A DNA stretch of 64,000 bases. It comes from Thermoanaerobaculia bacterium (lineage in GTDB: Bacteria; Acidobacteriota; Thermoanaerobaculia; Multivoradales; UBA5704). Location: contig JBGAGQ010000013.1 in NCBI GenBank assembly GCA_044226625.1, positions 32,001-96,000 of the forward strand, in the 5' to 3' direction. The notes below the pieces were generated by a model. The model did not search any database. It had not been told where the DNA came from and saw only the letters and a list, made by a program, of their open reading frames with translations. Shown piece by piece: positions 56,474 to 64,000 of this stretch; the first letter of the stretch is position 1, and every line of letters begins with the position of its first letter. The translations under genes were made by a program, and so were the position numbers.

Positions 56474-58405
56474 ATGCCCATCGAAGAGCGACAGCCGCAG
56501 GAAGCCTTTCTCGAAGCCCGGTTCAGCGACCTGTTGGAAGCCGCACCCGACGCGATCGTCATCGTGGGGGCGGACGGTAGGATCGTTCTGGTCAACGCCC
56601 AGGCCGAGACGCTGTTCGGTTATACCCGGAGCGAGTTGATCGGAGGGTCGCCGGACCTGCTGGTTCCTCGGCGTTTGCGCGACCGGCATACGCGTCATCG
56701 GGCCGCCTATGCGAGAGAACCGAAGCTGCGGCCCATGGGCGCTGGAATGGATCTCTTCGGACTGCGCAAGGACGGTTCGGAGTTTCCGGTCGAGATCAGC
56801 CTCAGCCCGCTCGAAACTGACGAGGGTCTCCTGGTTTTTACCGCGATCCGCGACATCACGGAGCAACGGAATCTCCAGAGGGAATTGAGCGAGCAGTATC
56901 TCAGCCTCCAAACGGCAAACCGTCTGAAGAGCGAGTTCCTCGCGAACATGTCCCACGAGCTCCGCACGCCGCTCAACGCCATCATCGGCTTCAGCGAGCT
57001 GCTGCACGATGCTCGGGTCGGTCCGGTGACGACCGAACAGAGGGAATTCCTGGGAGACATCCTGGCGAGCTCGCGGCACCTTCTACAGCTGATCAACGAC
57101 ATTCTCGATCTCGCAAAGGTCGAGTCCGGTAGGATCGAGCTTGTTCCGGAGCCGATCGACCTGGGGCCGTTGATCGGCGAAGTGCGCGACATTCTGAGGA
57201 CGATGGCCGCGCAGCGCAGGATTCGGATCGAGGTGCATGTAGCCCCGACTCTCACCGGCGTCGTCGCCGATGCCGCGAAGCTCAAACAGGTGCTTTACAA
57301 CTACCTGTCGAATGCTCTCAAGTTCTCTCCTGAGGGGGGCGTCATCGAGGTGCGGGTCCTGCCGGAAGGGACCGAGGAATTGCGGATCGAAGTCGAAGAC
57401 CGGGGAATCGGCATCCAACCGAAAGACATCGACCGGCTCTTCGTCGAGTTCCAGCAGCTGGACGCGAGCACCGCCAAGAAGTTCCAGGGCACCGGGTTGG
57501 GTCTCGCTCTCACTCGCCGCGTCGTCGAAGCGCAGGGCGGCCGGGTCGGAGTCGAGAGCACGCCCGGCGTGGGCAGCGTTTTCTACGCGGTATTGCCTCG
57601 GGTTTCGCCAGGGTCGGCGGATTACCGAGTCGAACCGCCGCCGGTCCAGGACGAAACGAGCTCGCGCCGGTTGTTGGTGATCGAGGACGACGAAAACGAC
57701 CGCGGCTGGCTGGTCCGCACGCTGGCCGACGCCGGGTACTCGGTGGACTCCGCGAGCGACGGTGCCGAAGCACTCCTTCGGTGTTGCGAGAGGGCCTACG
57801 ACGCGATCACTCTCGACCTCATGCTCCCCGACATTCCGGGACGAAACGTGCTCCGTGCCGTCCGCGGCGGCGGGCTCAACCGAGGAACCCCTGTCATCGT
57901 CGTCAGCGTGGTCGCTGAGCAGGGGATCGGACTCAGCTTTCCCGTCCACGACGTGTTCGAAAAGCCCGTACAGGCCGAGGAATTGTTGGCCTCGTTGAGC
58001 CGCGCAGCCGTCAAGCCTGAGGTGCGCCGGCCGGTGCTGGTCGTGGACGACGACGAAACGACTTTGAAGCTTGTCCAAGCGAAGCTCCTCCAGGAAGGGT
58101 ACCGTCCGGTCTGCTGCTCGACCGGGCCCGCGGCGCTGAAGGCGGCCGCGGCCGAAATGCCGGCCGCTGTCGTGCTGGACATCGTGCTACCCGGTATGAG
58201 CGGATTCGAGTTCCTGCGGATCTTTCGCTCGACTCCCGAAGGGCGCCATACCCCCGTGATCGTCTGGACGGTCAAGGACCTGGTTCCTGCCGAACGCGAA
58301 GCGCTTCGCGCCTCGACTCGCGTCGTGCTCTCGAAAGGCGACGGTCTGGCGAGCTTGATCCAGGAGATCGAGAGTCTTTTCACGGAACCCAAGGTGACAT
58401 CGTAG
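56474..58405 (+). CDS. PAS hybrid histidine kinase with two receiver domains
   Basis: PAS; FLANMSHELRTPL, NYLSNALKF, DRGIG, GTGLGL; two REC domains; AGGAG RBS. Confidence 0.95.
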   Translation: MPIEERQPQEAFLEARFSDLLEAAPDAIVIVGADGRIVLVNAQAETLFGYTRSELIGGSPDLLVPRRLRDRHTRHRAAYAREPKLRPMGAGMDLFGLRKDGSEFPVEISLSPLETDEGLLVFTAIRDITEQRNLQRELSEQYLSLQTANRLKSEFLANMSHELRTPLNAIIGFSELLHDARVGPVTTEQREFLGDILASSRHLLQLINDILDLAKVESGRIELVPEPIDLGPLIGEVRDILRTMAAQRRIRIEVHVAPTLTGVVADAAKLKQVLYNYLSNALKFSPEGGVIEVRVLPEGTEELRIEVEDRGIGIQPKDIDRLFVEFQQLDASTAKKFQGTGLGLALTRRVVEAQGGRVGVESTPGVGSVFYAVLPRVSPGSADYRVEPPPVQDETSSRRLLVIEDDENDRGWLVRTLADAGYSVDSASDGAEALLRCCERAYDAITLDLMLPDIPGRNVLRAVRGGGLNRGTPVIVVSVVAEQGIGLSFPVHDVFEKPVQAEELLASLSRAAVKPEVRRPVLVVDDDETTLKLVQAKLLQEGYRPVCCSTGPAALKAAAAEMPAAVVLDIVLPGMSGFEFLRIFRSTPEGRHTPVIVWTVKDLVPAEREALRASTRVVLSKGDGLASLIQEIESLFTEPKVTS

Positions 58406-58414
58406 GGAGGACCC

Positions 58415-58795
58415 ATGGCCGGTGAATCGATCCTGATCGTCGACGACAACCTGGTGAACCTCAAGCTGGCGCGCGTTCTCCTCTCCTCGCACGGTTACGA
58501 AGTCCATACCGCGACGAACGCCGAGGACACCTTGGCGTTACTGCGGGCGAGCCGTCCGAAGATGATCGTCATGGACGTTCAACTGCCTGGGATGGATGGT
58601 CTGGAATTGACCCGCCGCCTAAAAGCCGATCCCTCTCTGAAGAGCGTGATCATCCTCGCCGTGACGGCCTACGCGATGAAAGGCGACGAGGAAAAGGCCC
58701 GCGCCGCGGGCTGCGACGGATACGTCTCGAAGCCGCTCGACACCCGCCGCTTTCCAGTTGAGGTCGCGAGACTTCTTGGAACCACGGCGGAATGA
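58415..58795 (+). CDS. Single-domain response regulator (DivK-like)
   Basis: ILIVDD, MDVQLPGMDG, AVTAYAMKGDEEKARAAGCDGYVSKP. Confidence 0.95.
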   Translation: MAGESILIVDDNLVNLKLARVLLSSHGYEVHTATNAEDTLALLRASRPKMIVMDVQLPGMDGLELTRRLKADPSLKSVIILAVTAYAMKGDEEKARAAGCDGYVSKPLDTRRFPVEVARLLGTTAE

Positions 58796-61158
58796 AGATC
58801 CTCGTCGTCGACGACCTCCCGGTCAATCGCAAGCTCCTGCGGATCACGCTCCGGGCCGGAGGGCACGAGCCGGTCGAAGCGGTCGATGGTCTCGAGGCGC
58901 TCGAACGCCTTCGCCGTGAGGGTTTCGACGCGGTCATTACCGACGTTCTGATGCCGAGGATGGACGGGCATAGTCTTTGCCGAGAAATCCGGCGTGATCC
59001 GGGCTTGATGCATCTTCCCGTGATCGTGACCAGCGCCACCTATCTCGCGGATTCCGATCAAGCTGTAGCCCTCGATTCCGGCGCGGATGACTTCCTGCGT
59101 TTTCCCGCCGGTCCCGACCAGATTCTGGACGCGTTGCTCCGCGTCGTCCGCAAGCCGCGGTCAAACCCGGTCGGCCCACCGGTCAGCGACGCGATCAAGG
59201 AGTATAGCGAAGCCCTCGTTCGCGCGCTGGAGGCGAAGAACATCGAGCTCGAAGCGACCCGCTCGCGGCTGGCGGCCGCGAACGAGGCTCTGCACGAGTC
59301 CGAAGAGAGTTTTCGCCGGATTTTCCGGGTAAGCCCCGTCGCGGCGAGCCTTTCAGATGTCGAGACGGATCAGTTCGTGGACGTCAACGAGCGGTTGAAC
59401 GAGATGTTGGGCTATACGAGGGAGGAGCTCGTCGGCCGGACCTCGGTCGAGCTCGGCCTCTGGGTCGATCCCTCGGAGCGTGAAGAGATGCTCTCGGCCG
59501 TCGTGGCCTCCGATTCCCTTCGCGACCGCGAGATTCGCCTTCGGACCAAGCTTGGGGAAATTCTTCATGCGTTGAAGTCGGTCGAGCTCGTAACCAGCGG
59601 CAGCAAACGGCTCCTGTTGTCGGCCTTTTACGACATCACGGAACGGCGTAAGGCTGAGGCGGCGCTGCGCGAAAGCGAAGCGCGCTACCGGGCTCTTTTC
59701 GACCGCGGCCCCTTGCCGATGTGGATCTACGACTCGGATTCCTTGGCCTTTCTGGAAGTCAACGAGACCGCAATTCGAAGCTATGGCTACTCGAAAGAAG
59801 AGTTCTTGGCCATGACCCTCAGGGACATCCGTCCGCCGGAGGACATTCCGAAACTCCTCGCCGTCGTCCGCGGCTCTCCGAGGTCGGACCACCCCGGGGT
59901 CTGGCGACACTGGAGGAAGGACGGTTCCGAGATCGAAGTCGAGGTCCACACCCACCAGATCGGCCTGACGACGAGCAACTTACGCATCGCGGTCCTCCAA
60001 GACGTCACCGAGCAGAGGCGGCTCGAAAAGCAGCTGCGACATGCCCAGAAGATGGAGGCCGTAGGAACCTTGGTGAGTGGGATCGCACACGATTTCAACA
60101 ACCTCCTTACGCCGGTGCTCAGCTACTGCGACCTCCTAGAGGGCGAAATCGATGTTCAGTACCGAGATCAGATCCGAGAGATTCGGAAAGCGGGCGAGCG
60201 GGCTGCGACCATCACCCGGCAGCTCCTCGCATTCAGCAGGCAACAGGTACTGAGACCGGAGGTTCTCGACCTCAACGTCATCGTTCGCGAGATGGAGTCG
60301 ATGCTCCGTCCCCTCCTGGGTGAAAACCTTGTGCTCCGAACGGTGCTGAGCCCCCGGCTTGGATACGTTGAAGCGGACCGCGGCCAGATCGATCAAGTGC
60401 TCATGAACCTGGTGGTGAACGCGCGCGACGCAATGCCGTCCGGCGGGTATTTGACTATCGAGACTCGCGATGCCTCCATTGACGAAGTCTATGCGCAGCG
60501 AAGAGTCGGCATGCTGCCGGGTTCCTATGTGATGCTCTCCGTCACCGATACGGGCGTTGGAATGGACGAGGAGGTGAAGTCGCGGCTCTTCGAGCCGTTC
60601 TTCACGACCAAGGGTCCGGGGAAGGGGACGGGCCTCGGCCTCGCGACGCTCTACGGCATCGTCAAGCAGTCGAAGGGGCATGTCTGGGTCTACAGCGAGC
60701 TGGGCCACGGCTCGTCGTTCAAGGTGTACCTGCCGCGTTCGGGGGAGCCGATTCTCAAGACGGACTCCGTGCCCGTGATTGCGGTGCCCCCGACGTTGAT
60801 TGGAGAAGAGACTATTCTGGTCGTAGAAGACGACGACGCAGTCCGCCTTGCCACCCAGATTGCGCTCGAGCGCTACGGCTATTCGGTCCTGGTCACCCGA
60901 GGCGGTGAGGAAGCCCTTGAGGTGGCAAGTCTTCATCAGGGAACAATCCACGCCATGGTGAGCGATGTGCTGATGTCGGGAATCAACGGGCCGGAGCTCG
61001 CGGTCCGCATCGAGAATCTTCTCCCTGGAATCCGAGTAGTCCTGATGTCCGGCTACTCGGAACACACCCTAAGGTTGACGGGCGATTGGAGCATCCTCGA
61101 AAAGCCCTTCACGGCCGAGGCGTTGGCTCGAAAACTGCGGCAAGCTCTGGACGCTTAG
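58792..61158 (+). CDS. REC-PAS-PAS-HK-REC hybrid kinase (CckA-type kinase core)
   Basis: [51 protein letters not shown]; ATGA overlap with the previous gene. Confidence 0.95.
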   Translation: MKILVVDDLPVNRKLLRITLRAGGHEPVEAVDGLEALERLRREGFDAVITDVLMPRMDGHSLCREIRRDPGLMHLPVIVTSATYLADSDQAVALDSGADDFLRFPAGPDQILDALLRVVRKPRSNPVGPPVSDAIKEYSEALVRALEAKNIELEATRSRLAAANEALHESEESFRRIFRVSPVAASLSDVETDQFVDVNERLNEMLGYTREELVGRTSVELGLWVDPSEREEMLSAVVASDSLRDREIRLRTKLGEILHALKSVELVTSGSKRLLLSAFYDITERRKAEAALRESEARYRALFDRGPLPMWIYDSDSLAFLEVNETAIRSYGYSKEEFLAMTLRDIRPPEDIPKLLAVVRGSPRSDHPGVWRHWRKDGSEIEVEVHTHQIGLTTSNLRIAVLQDVTEQRRLEKQLRHAQKMEAVGTLVSGIAHDFNNLLTPVLSYCDLLEGEIDVQYRDQIREIRKAGERAATITRQLLAFSRQQVLRPEVLDLNVIVREMESMLRPLLGENLVLRTVLSPRLGYVEADRGQIDQVLMNLVVNARDAMPSGGYLTIETRDASIDEVYAQRRVGMLPGSYVMLSVTDTGVGMDEEVKSRLFEPFFTTKGPGKGTGLGLATLYGIVKQSKGHVWVYSELGHGSSFKVYLPRSGEPILKTDSVPVIAVPPTLIGEETILVVEDDDAVRLATQIALERYGYSVLVTRGGEEALEVASLHQGTIHAMVSDVLMSGINGPELAVRIENLLPGIRVVLMSGYSEHTLRLTGDWSILEKPFTAEALARKLRQALDA

Positions 61159-62342
61159 CGAGGTCTCAACCGGATCAGAGGGTCGCTTCCGACGCTTTCG
61201 CCCTCGGCGGGTAAGCTGAAGCGGAAGGCGGCTCCGCGGTTGACTTCGGCGGTCGCCCAGACGTGGCCCCCGTGGCGCAAAACGATTCGGCGCACAAGGG
61301 AGAGACCGACACCAGTGCCCTCGAAATCGTCGGCGCGATGAAGGCGCTGGAACACGCCGAAAAGCGCATCTGCCTTCTGCTCATCGAAACCGACGCCATC
61401 GTCTCGAACGACGAAGACTAGGCGTTCACCCTCGTCGCAGCCGCTCACTTCGATCACGGCGCGCTCCTTCTTGGCGGTGAACTTCAAGGCGTTCGAGAGG
61501 AGATTTGCGAACACGTGTTTGAGCAGGGCTCGATCCGAGAAGGCATTCGGCAGCGGGCCCACGCGGATCTCGACGTACCGGCCAGAATGCGAACCACGGA
61601 GTTCGGAGAGAACTTCTTGGACCAGATCCGTGACATCTACGGTCCGTTTGACGAGAGCCTGTTCGGTGGCCTGCGAGAAGCGGAAGAGGTCGTCGATCAG
61701 GCGGTTCATGCCTTCGGCCGCTCGGACCACCTCCTCTAGATAATCGCGACCGTCTTCGGGGAGGACCGTCGAGTGTCCTCGGATCAACAGCCGTGTGAAG
61801 CCGATGACGGCTCCCAGCGGGCCGCGCAGCTCGTGAGCTACCGCGCGGGTAAAGGAGTCGAGTTCGCGATTCGCTGCTTCGAGTTCGTTCGCCCGCTCGT
61901 TCAGGCGGCGATGAAGCTCCTCGTTCTCCCGTCGAAGCTTCCGGATTGACAGGGCTCGCCCGAGCACCGGCAAGAGAGCGCTCAGTCGGAAGGGTTTCAG
62001 GATGAAGTCGAGCGCGCCAGCTTTCATCGCTTCGACGGCGTTCGAGATGGTACCCTCGCCGGTCATGATGATTCCGGCCAGGTCCGGGTCGGAGCGCTGA
62101 GCCGCCGCCAGGAGGGCGATACCGTCCATCTCCGGCATCGCCAGATCAGTCAGAAGGAGGTCGAATGCACCGGGCGTGAGGGTGTCGAGCGCCTCCTGCC
62201 CCGACGCGTAGCTCGCGGTCTCGAAGCCCTCGATCTCGAGCGCGTCGCACAGGGCCTTCCGGTGTGCCGCCTCGTCGTCGACGACGAGGAGCCGGACGAT
62301 CGGTTTTCGGGAAGGGGAGCCGAAAGGGCCGCCGGCGGACAT
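61155..62342 (-). CDS. REC-histidine kinase
   Basis: LLVVDD, TDLAMP, VAHELRGPL, NLLSNALKF, DDGVG, FQRLH, GTGVGL; start uncertain. Confidence 0.9.
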   Translation of the reverse strand: MSAGGPFGSPSRKPIVRLLVVDDEAAHRKALCDALEIEGFETASYASGQEALDTLTPGAFDLLLTDLAMPEMDGIALLAAAQRSDPDLAGIIMTGEGTISNAVEAMKAGALDFILKPFRLSALLPVLGRALSIRKLRRENEELHRRLNERANELEAANRELDSFTRAVAHELRGPLGAVIGFTRLLIRGHSTVLPEDGRDYLEEVVRAAEGMNRLIDDLFRFSQATEQALVKRTVDVTDLVQEVLSELRGSHSGRYVEIRVGPLPNAFSDRALLKHVFANLLSNALKFTAKKERAVIEVSGCDEGERLVFVVRDDGVGFDEQKADALFGVFQRLHRADDFEGTGVGLSLVRRIVLRHGGHVWATAEVNRGAAFRFSLPAEGESVGSDPLIRLRPR

Positions 62343-62343
62343 T

Positions 62344-64000
62344 TCAGGCCGCACCCGCGCGAAAGCTCTGCAACAAGGTGTCGCGAAGCTCGCGAATCCT
62401 CGGGGGCTTGCTGAGAACGTGGTCGACATGCTGTGGCACGTCTCCTTCTTCCACGAGCCGCTGCCCCCAGCCGGTCAGTAGAATGACCGGAGTTGAAGGC
62501 GAAGCCAGCTTGACGGCGCTCGCCACCTTGTTTCCGTCGACGTAGGGCATCCCGAGGTCGGTGATGACCACACCGAACGGCTCGCCACGCGCCTTTGCGG
62601 CGATGAACTCGTCGATCCCCGCCTGGCCCTGGTTCGCGGCGAACACAAGGTGGCCGTCGACTTCCAGGATGTCGCGCAGGGACCGGAGCAACAACGGATC
62701 GTCGTCGACCACGAGGATGCGGAGGCGAGGCGGCACCGACATAGTTGGGGCGGCGGCGGAATCCGCTGACTTCGGGTCGGCCGCGGCGGCCGCGAACGTC
62801 AGGCGGACCGTCGTTCCGACGCCGACCGTGCTCTCGATGCCCAAGTCCGCGCTATGCCGCCTCGCCATTCCGTACACCATCGCAAGGCCCAGCCCGGTGC
62901 CGCGCTCACCCTTGGTGGTGAAGAACGGCTCCATGCACTTTTGCAGAACCTCTTTTGTCATACCGCAACCGGTATCGCCCACCTCGAGGTAGACCTGCCC
63001 TCCTCCGGAGCCGGTTCGGATCAAGAGTTTCCCGCCTTCCGGCATCGCGTCGACCGCGTTGAACACAAGGTTGATCAGGGACTCGCGGATCTCGCTCTCG
63101 ACCCCCATGACCTCTGGAAGGTTCTGCTCGAGCTGCGTGTCGAGCTCAATAACGACACCCCGCATTTGCGGCATGTCGTGCCAGCGGGCGCGTGAGAGGT
63201 CGATCACTTGCCGGACCAGCCGATTGAAATCGAGCGAGGCGAGGACGAGCTGTGGCTCGCGTTGTCGGTAAAACTCCCGCATCCGGCCCACCGTCTGGCC
63301 GACGTCTTCGATCGCATGCTGGATCGTCAGTAGGAACTCGCGAGCTCGGACGCTCAAGTTCAGTTCCTGCTCAAGCAACAGCTCAGTGTAGAGGACCACG
63401 GGCGAAATGGCGTTGTTGATGTCATGGGCGATGCCGCTCGCCATCTGGCCGAGCGCCCGCAGCCTCTCTTGTTGCATCACGGCTTGCTGCGACTGGCGAA
63501 GGTCGTCATACGCCTGTTGCAGCGCCGTGTAGAGTTGGGCTTGATGGGCCGCGAGAGCGACGTGCTCGCCGAGCTGTTTGAGGAACTCGCACTCGCCGCT
63601 GTCGAAGGCGTCGGCGGCGGGCCGGGCCGCGACGAAGACGCCAAAAACCATGCTCTCGGCGGCGAGCGGCGCAAAGACGAGAGAGCGAAGCCCGCCGGCG
63701 GCGAGCCGCTGCGGAAATGGGAACGGTACCTGAGTGATGTCTGGCTCGTAGACGAGCCTGCCCGCGATGCATCGAGACAGGCCGTTGGCATCGACGGCGA
63801 CGAGTGCCTGCTCGGGTAGCGCCAGGCTGCGGGCAAGAGAATCGCTCTTGACGCCGACCGCAGAGACGGTGAGGGTCCGGTCGGGAGCATCGTAAAGGCA
63901 GAGGCAACAGAAGTCGACCGGCAGGTTGTCCTCGACGGTGCGAATCACCACCTGGAAGATGCTGTGCAGGTCCTGGCGTTCCGAGATGGCGCGCGTGATC
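62344..64000 (-). CDS. GAF hybrid histidine kinase with receiver, 5' end outside the window
   Basis: GAF region; GIAHDINN, NLVFNAVDAM, DTGCG, PFFTTK, GTGLGL; C-terminal REC. Confidence 0.92.
   Translation of the reverse strand, partial: ITRAISERQDLHSIFQVVIRTVEDNLPVDFCCLCLYDAPDRTLTVSAVGVKSDSLARSLALPEQALVAVDANGLSRCIAGRLVYEPDITQVPFPFPQRLAAGGLRSLVFAPLAAESMVFGVFVAARPAADAFDSGECEFLKQLGEHVALAAHQAQLYTALQQAYDDLRQSQQAVMQQERLRALGQMASGIAHDINNAISPVVLYTELLLEQELNLSVRAREFLLTIQHAIEDVGQTVGRMREFYRQREPQLVLASLDFNRLVRQVIDLSRARWHDMPQMRGVVIELDTQLEQNLPEVMGVESEIRESLINLVFNAVDAMPEGGKLLIRTGSGGGQVYLEVGDTGCGMTKEVLQKCMEPFFTTKGERGTGLGLAMVYGMARRHSADLGIESTVGVGTTVRLTFAAAAADPKSADSAAAPTMSVPPRLRILVVDDDPLLLRSLRDILEVDGHLVFAANQGQAGIDEFIAAKARGEPFGVVITDLGMPYVDGNKVASAVKLASPSTPVILLTGWGQRLVEEGDVPQHVDHVLSKPPRIRELRDTLLQSFRAGAA

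Noticed and set aside
55359-61158. Alphaproteobacterial CckA-ChpT-DivK cell-cycle circuit
   Set aside because: These kinase and receiver subtypes are widespread and no CtrA is present; treated as an analogy only

Overview
GC-rich bacterial chromosomal window. Oar-like TonB receptor, sulfatase-TPR lipoprotein, HEAT-cyclophilin fusion and Hanks kinases suggest Acidobacteriota (inference only). Positions 1-50.4 kb are mostly housekeeping and envelope genes: PAS-GGDEF-EAL, dodecin, MscS-DEP, two ECF sigma/anti-sigma operons, Fur, CDF, gatB-ftsE-ftsX, OmpA, TonB receptor, fused E1 alpha/beta, tex, ettA and uvrD/pcrA. Positions 50.5-64 kb are a dense two-component/c-di-GMP signalling cluster. No tRNA, rRNA, CRISPR-Cas or transposase gene was seen. 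Main signals: (1) a polarised 20-bp-period array of the palindrome GGAAGT-C-ACTTCC at about 12.94-13.24 kb, next to a REP-like hairpin pair; (2) a sigma-54 regulon readable from DNA, with two -24/-12 promoters each preceded by paired GTCCG-N5-CGGAC-like palindromes around an NtrC-type activator; (3) a ChpT-like pseudo-histidine kinase heading the phosphorelay operon; (4) two 184-bp CTAG-bounded MITE-like elements that supply stop codons; (5) a membrane pseudokinase; (6) a probable CTG start for ftsE. All calls come from reading motifs by eye; no database search was run.
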